Below, in pieces: positions 23,581-36,800 of a DNA stretch of 64,000 nt. Under the pieces are notes generated by a model that worked only from the letters and a program-made list of their open reading frames with translations, was not told the origin of the DNA and searched no databases. The stretch is from Anolis carolinensis. Its lineage: Eukaryota. Each line of letters begins with the position of its first letter. Position 1 is the stretch's first letter. Location: assembly GCF_035594765.1 (NCBI RefSeq), contig NC_085846.1, forward strand, positions 104,705,190-104,769,189, given 5' to 3'. The translations under genes were made by a program, and so were the position numbers.

Positions 23581-26250
23581 AAGCTGGATCTCAGTATAAT
23601 ATTAATATTAGAATGAAAAGTAAACCATATGTTTGTTTGCTTGTTTTAAATATCTAGAATATCATTCCCTGGTATTATCCTGTTGAGAATCGGTAAAATG
23701 GGATTGGGAGAGGGGCTTTACATGGATTCTTCCAGACCTTTTGAAATCTTGAAATGATAAACTAAATCAAATGCCAAGTCATCTGTTTCTTTTGCTGATA
23801 TTTTCCTTTTTATCTCTCTTAAACCTTTTGACACTGAGTGCCTATTATTTCTGTTTAGAAATCAATAACCTGTACACTTTCTAATAGAGAGAGAGAAGGA
23901 AAGAGACAGAGTTTTCTCTCCTGTGAGATAATTAAGCACAAAATGAAAAGCCGAGGACAAGCAAAACTTGTCAGATCTGTGCACATGGTATCCTTTTTTT
24001 TAATTAACTGTTTTTCATTCATCTGAAAGCACATGAGGTATTTTCATTACTCATCTGTCTAGCTAATATGGGTGAATGCTTGTGGAAGAAATTACATTAG
24101 CCCCCTTCCTCATTGATAGCACAGAGACAATAAAGCCAGTTTTGTACATTCCTGAGATGACATGAAACCCAAATCCATTGCAGATGTTTGGAGGGCATCT
24201 TGAACATTGAAAATGGAAAAAATGTGCATCCATGCTTGCAGAAGCAATTGTGTGTGTACAGAGGGCAGTAAAGACTGATAGTTAAGGTTCTGGTATGTTT
24301 TTTGCTTGCCTTGTTTTATCCTTATGTTAAGACTGAAACCTTCAATTTCGACCACTTCTACTTAGCCTGTATGTTTGACCAGTCTTTGCTTAGTCATGCA
24401 GTTATAGAGAGTAGATACCAGCCTTGGCTATTTAGGATCTTAGTCTTCCCTAATTTTCTTATTGAATGAAGCCAACAGTAATTTTAGCAATTTTCATCCT
24501 GTATTTGAAAACTATGCAGTTTTTGAAGTCTATGTGCAATTTGGGACTTATTCCAAATAAAATGATCACAGGGTGGTTTTGTACAGAGAACAGTAATTTT
24601 TTTTCATAGAAGACAGCATTTTCTGCACAGAAAGCAACATTTAATATGCAGAAAATGTTTATTGTATTCAAAACTTTTTATGTGCAGAAGACATTGTTTC
24701 CAGTATAGAAAATGTTGTTTTCTAAGGAAACCAACTGCATGCAAATTTCATGCAGAATAAGTCCACATATAAATAAATTTCCAACCTATGATGACTCTAA
24801 GGTAAACCTATATTGGCAAGACGTGTTCAGGGGACATTACACTTTTGCATTCTTCTGAGGCTGATTATGACGGATTCTTAAATCAGTACAAAAGTTTGAT
24901 GTACCTCTGCTCTTACTTTCATTCAAACATGATTCCATGTGCTGGAAGGGAAAATATTCAAGTCTAATGAGTATTTAATGGCAACCAAACTACAAAGAAG
25001 AGTCTGATTCATCACTCATGAGAACACATGTCCTCCACCCTGTTGAACGGAGACCACATGGAAGTCTCAAGACCTACTTCAAAGTTCACTGTGCTTGTTT
25101 ATCTTCTGCTAAATCAAACTCATTTGGGACAATATTGTAACAGCAAAGAATGAGTCAGCCTCTTCAGCTGAATTGGTTGTGTGTCACTATTTTAACCAAC
25201 AGAGTTGTTGAAATATTTGTTTCTTTCTCAACACTTTGGAACAATTTGGAATCATATTTGTGTGACATCTTTAAAAAGATGAAAATTGTTCTTTCTCATT
25301 CTTTTTTCTGCAAGTCAGGCAGATGTGAAAATAGTACAGAGAGCTCAATGCAGCAGTTGAAACTATAGACACTAAAGCTGTGTTGTTTCATTGGTATGGC
25401 ATACCTCTTCCTGCCTTTGTGAAAGCCTTACTCCATGGTTGTAAACACATACTTACCACACTATGTCTACTTCCACAGAACCTATGAATTGGAAACTGCA
25501 TTTGTTGGATTGTGGGATTCCTTGCTACAAGCCTATATTGCATGTTCTCACCATCACCATGTAGCAGTTTCATTTCTTGTTCTTAGTTCTTTTAGTCCAA
25601 TTGCACCGTGGATAAATTTACCCTTCTGTCTGCCCATCCATCCATCCATCCATCTGAAATGTTTTGCAGTGCTGATTAACCTCTTTAATCCACTCTTCTT
25701 TCAAGGTTTTCATCCATTAGGAAGTGGGAAACACACAGTTAATTAAGTGGATCTGCTTTTTCTTCTGTCAAAACCTATGTTATTTTGCTGCTTTCCTCAT
25801 CCTCCTACTATTTTGCCTTTGTATACCCATGCATACCCCATCTTGATATCTGAATGCATGAATCTCTCCCTGTTCCCCCTCTCTAAATGAATAACATTTG
25901 TGTTTAAGATTTATCAGATTTCTTTGCAAGTCATTTAAGACATGGAGCAAGGATGAATTACTCCAAACTGTCTTTCTATCTCTTGACAGGCTGATTTGAA
26001 AGTCAGCCTAGCCTCCAGCTAAATTCATTGCTATTTCACTTATCTCAGAGTCTGTGAGAGAATATCTTAAGTGTTATGTATGTCTGTACACTGTATAAAA
26101 AAATCAAGTTTTCTCTTATTACTGTGCAAAAGGAGAATCCTTCTCAAGAAGATACGTATTTTAAAACACAGCCATGGAGAAGCCATATGTCAATTATTGT
26201 ACCCAATGGTCACTTTTCTTGGTGGCATTCTGATATGAACTTTATAAGTA

Positions 26251-26556
26251 CAGTAGAGTCTCACTTATCCAAGCCTCGCTTATCCAAGCCTCTGGATAAT
26301 CCACATCATTTTTGTAGTCAGTTTTTTCAATATATTGTGATATTTTGGTGCTAAATTTGTAAATACAGTAATTACAACATAACATTACTGCGTATTGAAC
26401 TACTTTTTCTGTCAAATTTGTTCTATAAGTTTTGGTGCTTAATTTGTAAAATCATAACCTAATTTGATGTTTAATAGGCTTTTCCTTAATATCCAAGATA
26501 TTCGCTTATCCAAGGTTCTGCCGGCCCGTTTAGCTTGGATAAGTGAGACTCTACTG
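26251..26556. mobile_element. pogo/Tigger-type MITE
   Basis: TA|CAGTAGAGTCTCACTTATCCAAGC ... GCTTGGATAAGTGAGACTCTACTG|TA, perfect TIR. Confidence 0.95.
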
Positions 26557-29500
26557 TAAGTTGAAAAATGTGCTCCTGCCTCCAAGAAATTGTAATTCTA
26601 ATGAATTAATTACAATTACAATTAATGTTGTACCAAGGTAGGTGGAATTTTATGCAAACAATCTGAGATGAACACATTGCATTAATTATACTCTATTATT
26701 ATCCTAACTTCTGAGATTCCACTCTATTTGAACTGCACTAGGAATTCTGGTTTTTGGAATGTTGGCAATAGATGTTGGACCCACTCTTGTGCATGTGTGT
26801 TCCTATGGAAGTTTGGCAGGAAAAGGAACACCATTACTGTTCTCTTTTTTAAAAGCAGAAAAGATGCTTTCTTTTAACTAAAACAGCAGCAATCATACAA
26901 TTGCACAACATATTCAAATATTTAAATTATTTTGAATGTCTCAGGGAACTGTTTTATAATTAGTAAAAGAAAAAAGAGCAGGAACACCAGTTTACAAAAT
27001 CCGCAAATTGTATCTTTAGAAAATAAGTGGATCCTGATTTTTTTAGTGTTCTTTTTGTAAACCTATCTAATAGAACATAACCTGAAGATTCAGGATGGAA
27101 TCCAGTCAAAGTGGATTCAACCAGCATCCATATCAAAGTCACAAGCTAGGCAACACATATTTTGCAACCCTAATGACCCATTACTTTATGCTTTATATCT
27201 ATCATATCCTTTGAGGTTGTGGTTGTGGTGGATTAAATTGCTGAAAATAACCCACCAGTTGCTGGGTGGCTTTTCTTCCATCTTCAGTCTTCCATTTCTT
27301 TGGACTCTGAGGAAGAGAAGAGCAGTGGCACAGCTCCATTATACTTTTGTGCAACAGCTGTCAATGAGCCATTCCTACATGTTACAATTGTCATTGCTCT
27401 AGCCTTTGAGCATAAGAACAACCAGACAAAGCTCCATCATGCCTTGATCCAACTTCTAGTAAGTGCCATTGCTTTGGACTCAAAGGGGGAGAAGAGCAAC
27501 CAATATCTGCGGGACTCAATTCCCCTTTGCACTGTAATTCCCATTTCTCTAGGTCTTATTTAGTCTATAAATCTGAAGGCAGGGAGTGTCAACTTAAGGG
27601 CTTGCAAGAAGAACTGAGGGCTTTTTAAACCAAAGAGCAAGGTATAAATATTCAATAAAATAAAAGGCTAGAACCTCATGCATTCAGAGGTTTCCTTCTC
27701 TACATACTTCTAATGCAGCAATTTGGTTTTTACTGGAACTTATTTCAGTGATTCTTGTGTCCTCTTTGTATCAAATAGAATAGAGAGAGAGAGAGACCTG
27801 CAAATTACCATTAGTGTCTTATACCTTAAATCTGCAGGCTTGTTGTGCTGAGCTTTGAGTCCATGGTGAAACCTGTCTCTGTCTAGCTTTCCAGCTAACT
27901 GGATTATGACTATGGAGAAAAGCATGACTGGGTTTCTCAGTGGTAAATTCCTGGTTAGTAATGCACCGTAACTTTTCACTTCTTCCAGCAAGCCAGATAA
28001 AGCCCACCATGACAAGGGGATTTCTAATCAAGTACAATTAGGCAGTCAATGACATAATATTAATCCACAGCAGTAAAATTAAAGGGGATGAGCCTTTCCT
28101 CTGGGCACATACTGTTTCCAACGGGAAATGATGGCAAATGGGTTCCTAATAGGCTACATACAATAAACTAGGCCTTCCGGGAATGTCAGACAAGACTTCC
28201 CCAAGAGGCAGTGGCCTTGCATTAATCCAGATCCCTCCTCTGTTCCAAATTCATGCCAAGTGGCTTAAATTTAAGAAATGTGTGTGTGTGTGTGTGTTGG
28301 GGGTGTGTGTGAATAATGTACTGTATAAGCACATAAATGCACGTGAATGCAAATTGTTCTCAAGGTTACTTTCATTCAACCAACCATAGCATTTCTTAAC
28401 TTGGAAAAGTTAGTTAAGACTCCCAGGAGGTTCTGCAAATCACAGGCATTGGCCCTTTGGTCTGAGGAACATGGGAGATGTAAAAGGGTCTATTTTCCAG
28501 ACTGCACTTTTTAAAAACCTAGTATATTACTATGAAGGACCTAATACTGTATGAACTTTCTTCTCAAAGTAATTTTGAAAATTATTCACTGAGAATTTTC
28601 TTCTCAATTAGTAATTTTAGCATTTTTCTTCTTGCTAGGATATCTTTAAAAATTATCATTTTCTAAGATTGCACTATGTAACAAAATTTGAAAAAAAATC
28701 TGTTCAGAGTTTGGAAGTATTTCTTGTTTAATTGTGTGGTACTTTGAAAGTAATTGTTATACACCAGAAACTTCGTGTTTGTAGCACTCTTTGGAAGAAA
28801 AGGCTAATGATCTTATAAAACTACAACTTCTAATTTCACAGCACTGAGCCATGACAGTTAGTGGTGTCAAACAGTGCAGATTCTACAGTGTAGGTGCATC
28901 TCTGTAGCATCCTCAAACAGATCCAGGGGAAAAAATTATTTTGGAGGGTGGATAAGTGAAATTTCAGGAAAAAAGAGGGCACAGTATTATATTTAGAGTA
29001 CAACTAGATGCAGGAGTGAGAATAACTGCTATAAGACATGAAATCCAGGAGCAGAATAGCCTGACATTCATTGAACATATTCACCATCTGGAATGACCCA
29101 GAAATAAGAAAGGAACATGAAAAGGAATGAGGAATAAAAGCAAGTTTACTAAGAAAGTATAAAGAATTCACCTTCACTCCAGCAATTCTGGAAACCATAA
29201 GAACATTTTTCTGGACAATTAGAGAAGCTATAAGATATAAGAGCATCTTCTGAACCAACGGATACAGCTGCAGAATGAGAATTCCTTTCCTGATATCCTC
29301 ATAGACCGCACGTTGAAGGAATCTAATCTTCTGCAAGAGAAGCAAAGTCTCCCCCGTTCCCCCAGTTCCTTAATGTTAATGCTTAGGATTTAAATTACTT
29401 TTATCTGAAACAACTTAATTAGGCATGTCACTAATTAGCTAGCACAAAAGAGGTTATCCCTCCTTTCTATTCTTTTTTTAAAAAAATACATAATTATATG

Positions 29501-30993
29501 TATTTAAATTATGGTCCAGAAACTACATACTGTAGTACATACAGTTATTATCTAGCTCAAGCACAGCTCCTAGGAAGTTCAAGTTGAACAAAGCAAGGTA
29601 GGAATAAATCTCCCTACTAAGACCAGTACTGGGGTGGCCAGCACCTTCTTAAAAGACTAAACATAATGTTGTTTGAATGGCTTAGATTCTAATAAAATCA
29701 TTAGCCGTTATGGCTATCAGCTATGAGCAACTTTCATGGATAAAAAAATTTAGTTCCTTAAAAAAATAACCCCTCACAAAATGTAGAAGATGAGATCCAA
29801 ATGCGGAAGTGCAACGTACTAGTGAAATGTTACGACATTCTGGGGGTACTCCCATGAAGAATTAGAAGCTGGGAGAGAATGGGGGCATCTGATAATGAAC
29901 TAGCAGCAATGGTTTAAACCAGAAAGAAGGAACAACCATCACCCTCTTTGATCTCCAGTTGGTAGGCAAGCTAGGAAGTTTTCTTAGCCACACAGTTGGA
30001 TGCTGTCTGGGTGTTCCTCCTCCCCTGGATTCACTTGCCCACATCCTGAGAGAAAATGGTGTCACTGGAAATTTGCTAGGTCCTCCAGGCACGCTTCCCC
30101 CAAAAGTGACCATAGTGTTGGAAGACCTAGCAGATTCTTAAAGAGGACACCTCTCAATAAATTTCTAGGTCCTTCAACACAATTCTATGATATGCTGGAA
30201 CTGGAAGTCAGATAATTGAATGCCATTCAGTAGTCTCATGCATTTGTATAGAACCACTATCCATTTCTGTTTCATTCATAATCCCTGTTTTCATTTTCAA
30301 GTGCCTTTGCCAAAAAGAGCTCCTTTCTGGATGAGCTTTTTTGTTCCGGGTCCAAAAGAACAAAAATTATCAGACCATTGGCCAACATGGGTGGCTTTCC
30401 CAGGCTCCCTTTCCCCTCAGTTTTAGAGTTAGAGGGGTGAAAATCACGACACATGGAGGGCACATCTACCACTCTTAGCCCACCAAGTTATATAATGTTT
30501 TAGTCATCCCCCAATTTTTAGGGATTTGTTTTCCTTTCTATAAATAAAATCTCCTTTAAAACATTCTTTCCCCCATACTACACTGGCCCTGCCCTCTAAC
30601 TTCATGAGGAGCAGCAGCAGCAGGCAGGCAGGGCAGGACAGGACACCATTCCTTCCTGCCAAATGATGCTCTACACACACAACACGAACAGCCCAGTGCC
30701 CAGTCCTGCTCACTTCTTCTTTAACCAGTGGCAGTGGAGGGTGGGGAAATTCCCCTCTCCTTCCCATCATTTTTGGCAATGGCATGGTTTGTCTTGAAGC
30801 TACTACCTTGAGTCCTTACTTGCTGCTGCTGTTGCCTTCCTCTCCTCCTCCTCCATCTCTCATGTAAGGAAGGTGCCTCCAGGCCCTCCTTTTTCTCCTT
30901 TGTGCCTCTTACCCTATCCTCCTCCCTCCCGCTCAGCACCTGGAGCTGCCACCTAGGGTTGTCACTACTGCTGCTCCCTAGCTTATTCTAGAG

Positions 30994-31779
30994 CTGTGGT
31001 TCTCAAGCTTATTTGGCCTACCACCCCCTTTCCAGAAAAAATATTACTCGGTGCCCCCTGGAAAGGGGGCATGGCTTAGAGGGGTGGGCGTGACTCCTGA
31101 TCAAGAGGGCGGGGCTGAGCCTCTCCCCTAGTCCAAGATGCAGGGCTGGGAGGGGGAGGGGAGATGGGCGGGGACACAAATGGGCAGCCAGTACTGGGAT
31201 GGGCAGAGTTATGAGCTCTGAGTCAGGGCTGAGCTTCTATCCCTGTCCTGAGGTACCTGCCAGGACACAGGGGGCAGGGCTAGAGGAGGGGGCGGGGCCT
31301 CCTTTCAAGTGCCTGACGGGGCTGAACCTCTATACCCCGACACCATTTTCTAACAAACGCCTCAGGGGAGGTCTACAAAGGCTCAGCCTTGTCTTGTTCT
31401 CTTGGGAAGAGGTCCCACCCTTAGCCCCGCCCTTTAGTTGTAAAATGCCAATCAGGAGGCTCAGCCCTGTCTCGAGTTCTTGGAAGGAGGCCCTGCCCCC
31501 TTCCCTAGCTGCACCCTCTGTGTCCCAACAATCGCTTCAGGAGAGGTATAGATTCTCAGCCCTGTCTCGGGCTCTTGGGAAGAAGCCAAGCCCACTCCTC
31601 TAGCTTAGCCCCCTGTGTCCTAACAGGCGCCTCAGGTGCTCAGCCCTGTCTCTGGCACTTGGGAAGAGGCCCCACCCCTCCTCTGGCCCCGCCCCCTGTC
31701 CTAATAGGTACCATCACCACCCCCCTGGATCGCTGCAGCGCCCACCAGGGGGCGGTAGCACCCACTTTGGGAATCACTG
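30994..31779. mobile_element. GC-rich non-autonomous hAT-Charlie element
   Basis: CTGTGGTTCTCAAG / TTTGGGAATCACTG termini; decayed TSD TTCTAGAG / CGCTAGAG; internal GGGCTGAGCC / GGCTCAGCCC repeats in opposite orientation in the two halves. Confidence 0.8.
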
Positions 31780-33639
31780 CGCTAGAGTAAGGGGTGTGAA
31801 AGAGGAAGAGGAGGGGGCTGGAAGCCCCTTCCGTGCATGAGAGATGGAGGCAGCAGGAGCAGCCGCAGCAAGAAATGACCCAAGTTGGCACCAGGGCAGC
31901 TCCAAGAGCTAGGAAGAAGGGAGGAGGAGCCATGCATGCACTCTCCAAGGCATTTTAAGGACGCTTGCCACTTGCAGATAAGGAAGAGTGATAATCTCCT
32001 GGAAGAGGAGAGTAAAAGAATTAACTGTGCTCACGAAAAGCAGGTGAACAAATAGTTACTGTACAAACTTTCTTTTCATTTTGTGGTTATTTTCATACTG
32101 GAGGGGATTCATTCATATTCTGCCATCCGAATGAAAGAAACGGTACAGAAGCATGGATTAAGCAGCAGAAACTGTTACAGCGCACATAGCTACTATTTAG
32201 TTATATCTATGATTCAGGTAACCATGGCCCTGCTGGAAACATATCTCACTTGGATACAGAGGTTTTCCAATATTACACATTGGATACCACCTTTTACAAC
32301 AGCTTCCAAAATACATATGTTTGCCATATGATTTCAACCACTTGGAAGCTATAGATTTGGGGACACATAAGCCACGTCTTAAATCCCAAATACTGAATGC
32401 CTTTGAACATTTTGAAAAAGCAGGGAGAGAGGAAGTGCAAGAGCGCAGCTCTTACTTCCTGCATGCTGGCTCAGAATGTCAGATGTCGCTCTGTTTTCAG
32501 TGGTCTTGTCACTTCTCATTCTGTAGTACATCTTTCCTGGATACTGGCAAACTCAGTTTGTATGCAATATGACAGTAATCAAAACAGATGCTACTTAATA
32601 GCAATGCCGTGACAACTACTACTCTAACGCAACTGCATCGGGGAGGGCAGGACTGGACAAATGTCTTGCAAAACTGGAGCACCTCAGTCGCGGAACTCTA
32701 TTATCATTTATGGAGGATGTGGTGAAATGTAATTACAGAGGCAATCTGTTTGCTGTTATTCCTCATTTGCAGGATGGGAAAGTGGAAGTGTATTGATGAG
32801 TTTTTCAAAGGGTATTTAAAAGGACATCACCATCCAGAGCCAACAGCTTGAAAGAGTATCCATTACCGCTTACAGTAACAAATAATAGAGCTAAATCAAT
32901 TGCTCATTTGTGTGTGAATACACAAAAAGACATGCAAACACATAGAATACATTCCTACATCATGTCCCTGCCAGTTTCCTATATCAGATAGCTTTAGTTC
33001 ATTTCCGCAGAGTCACAGAATCATATAGTTTGAAAGAATCTTGTGGGTCATCAAGTCCAATCTCCTCCTACATGTCGGTTCTCCAGCAGAAATCATCAGA
33101 TAGCTATACAACATGCTGCTGAATGGAGCAGGTTAAAGAGATCATATGACTCCACTCCTGAAACAGTTTCACTGGCTGCCTATTTGCTTCTGGGCCCAAT
33201 TCAAAGTGAAGCTCTGCACGATTCAGGTCCTGCCTATTTACGCAATTGCATTCCCCCTTATGAACCTGTTTGGGCCTTATGTTTGGCTGGGGAGGCCCTC
33301 CTCTTGGTCCTGCCTCCATCGCAAGCGAGATTGGTGGGGACGAGGGAGAGAGCCTTTTCAGTAGTGACCTCCTCCCCAGGGAGATTAGACAAGCTTCCAC
33401 CCTTGCGACATTTAGAAGGGACCTGAAGACATGGCTATTTAAACAGGCTTTTGGCAATGGGAGACGGATTTAACTCGATTGGGGTTGCAGGCCCCTTTTA
33501 GCTCATAGGAATGATTGTGCTTTTAATCTAATGTGTTATATATTTTATTGTTAATTTTTGTTTACTTGCTTGTGTCACATCCTGTGTTTTATATTGATTG
33601 GATGTGTTATTAATTGTTTATTCCATTCTATGTATTGTG

Positions 33640-33860
33640 TTGTGTTGTCGAAGGCTTTCATGGCTGGGATCACAGGGTTGTTGTATGTTTTCTGGGCTGT
33701 ATGGCCATGTTCCAGAAGCATTCTCTCCTGACGTTTCACCCACATCTATGGCAGGCATCCTCAGAGGTTGTGAAAATGCCTGCCATAGATGTGGGTGAAA
33801 TGTCAGGAGAGAATACTTCTGGAACATGGCCATACAACCCGGAAAACATACAACAACCCA
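33640..33860. mobile_element. Penelope-like inverted terminal repeat pair
   Basis: 33675-33758 is the reverse complement of 33776-33859; same family as 1700-2060. Confidence 0.85.
33727..33767 (-). ncRNA. Minimal type I hammerhead ribozyme (Penelope-associated)
   Basis: Minus strand reads CCU-CUGAGGA-U-GCCUGC-CAUAGAU-GUGGGU-GAAA-CGUC-AGG: both core boxes, stems I and II, and a palindromic ACGU in place of stem III. Confidence 0.75.
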
Positions 33861-36800
33861 TTGTATTGTATTGTATTGTTTATGTTGTGAGCCACCCCGA
33901 GTCCCCTGAGGAGATGGGGTGGGATATAAATAATGTTTGTTTATTATTTATTGACATCTTTTTGGAAATGCTCAAGAAGGAATCCCTGCCACTCCTCTAC
34001 ACAGTTGATTCCATGGCTGAACTGCTATTGCTGTCAAGAAGTTCCTTCTAGTGAAATAGAAATCTGCTCTCCTAGAGCTTCAAACAATTAGACATAGTCC
34101 TATCACAGGGCATTAGAGAACAACCTGCCCCTTCCTCTCTGTGTCAACCCATAAAGTATTTAAAGAGTGTAATCATACCAGTGCTCGGTGTCTCTTTTCA
34201 GACCACAAAGCCCAGGAAGCAATAGGACATAGCCATGGCAATTCAAGTAGATCTAAATTGCAATTTGAATTCCACTGATTCAAAGAGTCTACTTTGTTAG
34301 TAAGTGCTGGGTTTAATCCACAATACTTATTTTATATCATGTACCTTCCTTCTTAATTTGCTTTTTATTTTGATGGATTTTGAAAAGGCCTGCATGCTAA
34401 CCATCCAAACGCACAAATGGAAATTCACTTTTCTGTTCTCACTTCTCCACCTTTATCCCACAGTTCCTTCCTGCCCACAGCAGAGAAAGGATATTAACAA
34501 TGAGAATATGCTAAAGCTTTTACCAGACAGCTATGAAATGACTGTGGGAGTGTGTTGGTAATACTAGTGAAAGGCTTTAGCGACCCCGTTAAGGAAATGT
34601 GGGTCTTTTTAACTACTGCTGTTGCTTTCTCTTTTTAAAGGGCTTGACACACTTCTGTCATGCCAGCCATAAATAAGAAGGCTGTAAAAAAAGGAAATCC
34701 CCCTTTCTAAATTCCCTGCAGAGTTTTCAAGCAGAGGCATTGGTCACAGAGCTGTTGAAATATAAGCTGATGCTGGGAATAAGGCTGTGTCGACTGACGC
34801 ATGATCTCATTTGGGTTATGGCTGGAGGTAGAGAAAGGAAACTTGGATCTGCCAAGTCATGTTGTAGACATTCATGTGGCAAAACAATCTGAACATTTCT
34901 GGCAATTCTTTCGAGCTCTGTCAGGTTATACAAGGCAAAAATTCCATCATATGAATGGAGAAATATTGTAAAGAATATTGTAGGAATAACTATATGTTTC
35001 TAAAACCTAGCAAAGGAAAGAAATGGCTGAAATGGGAAATTGCTATCTATTCTAGAGTTGCAGGATTAATATTCTAAATACAGCAACAAACAATTGCATA
35101 GGAGTTGTGGGCTGGTTCCATACATCTTGGGATGTACTCCATATGGCACGGGGGAAACCTACTTCTCCAGCTATACTTTGGGAAAATAGTGATGGGAAGT
35201 GACATTGTGTCACTTCCTTGTGTCTTAATCCCTCTCATCTTTTTGGCTAGGGTTCTACTGAATAAGGAGATATTTGTGGAGGTTCTAGGAAAAAAAGTGT
35301 TGGCATACATTTTTTATGCCTTTGAGGCAGTTTTTGGGGTTGAACTCACCTGAATATTGCACTCCTGAAATCAAAGTAATTGAGGGGGGGGGGGGGGCTT
35401 GGGGATTCACGGCAGACACCTGACTTCAATGGAGAATCTAGCAATTGGAGTTGCCAGGACGCCATTCAGGACGCTCTTCATTAAAATTTGCTGACACCAG
35501 AAATCCCCATTTCATCTGGGATTTGAATATTTAAAAACATTCTTTCCATCCCTTCTGTTTCAACCCTAATGAATGTGAACCATTAGAGTGTGAAGTATCA
35601 TTAAAGCCATGAAAATCAACAGACCTGAAATAGCTAAATGTATTGCAATATGGCAAAGATTTGCATATGAAGGCCAGAGGTAGTTTCTGAACATCTGTAC
35701 AGTGGAAATGTATTTGCCATTTGCTGTGGTTCCAAGATATGTGTGCACTTAAGACTAAGGACTACATCAAATATTACACGGTGGGCCAAGCATGGTGTGA
35801 ACACTATCATTTAATATGTGAAGTAGTCTTTAATCTCAGTGAAAGCACTGAGTACATGTTGTGATCAAAGCAACATACATGTTGTCTGAGCTGCTGATTG
35901 TGCTCAAGGGAGGTCTGTTATAATAGTTAGAGCATGAAAGAATCTGCCAAAACGTCTGTCTTACATTACCACCTTCACGTCATCCTGGATATTATTTAAT
36001 GATATTTTGTTTCAACATCAGCATCTGCCAGACAAGGGGAAGAGCTTTGGATCTTTGGGGGATGTTGTGGGGATTAAGTCACCAAAATGTAGGAAGCATT
36101 TGAAGGTCTGAAAGGAACAAGAAGTGCCTCCAGTTCTTTTTCAGAAGGGAATACAATGCCCCATGTTCCTGCCTTATAATTGACTTTATAGGTAGGACAG
36201 AAGAGATTGTGTTTTTGATATTTGTTTAAACTGGGAAGGCAGGACTTTAGTGCTTTTAGCAGAAGGATGAGATGGAGCCAGACATACTGCCAAGTTCCTA
36301 TAAATCATCACTCTCTGTTTGCAGTGTATTGGAGTCCCCCTCTTCTGTCTGCCAAATCTAGGCTCCAGTTTCACAGCCCTGAGGACAGTGTAGAAATCTT
36401 TGCGAGCTGCCTGCTAGCCTTACCGAGGGAAAGTGCTATTCTCATCCAGTTACTGCAGGAGTTAGCAGGGCTGTAACTCAGTATATGTGCTTTGCATGTA
36501 TGTGTTTGTAGGTTTCAGGTTCAATCAGAACTACAACAGAATCTTACTGGATAGTCAAAACTAAGTCAATTGACACATTGTCTGACTTCATGATCCAAAA
36601 AGTGCTCCTCATTCAGCCTACAAGTCAAGGAGTCACCTAGGGCTTATAAAAACATTGCTTTCTCTTCCCACTTAACAAATGAATATGGTTACACGTATAA
36701 GCCATGTTTAGCCCTGATGATTCTTTTGCCACAATAGAGATGACTCATTACTTATGCTGACCTCAAAACAGATGAATGGGAGATGAGCATGAACCTTTTT

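Larger units (their letters stand above)
33105..33945 (+). mobile_element. L2 LINE 3' fragment
   Basis: DHMTPLLKQFHWLPI..AQFKV, ERAFSV and LPREIRQASTLATFRRDLKTWLFKQAF motifs; tail GTGAGCCACCCCGAGTCCCCTGAGGAGATGGGGTGGG. Confidence 0.9.
33013..34190 (-). mobile_element. Old CR1 3' region split by an L2
   Basis: CACAGAATCATATAG...CATCAAGTCCAA at 33013-33100; continues at ~33950-34190 (TTCCATGGCTGAAC...AAGAAGTTCCTTCTA), homologous to 53300-53520. Confidence 0.65.
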
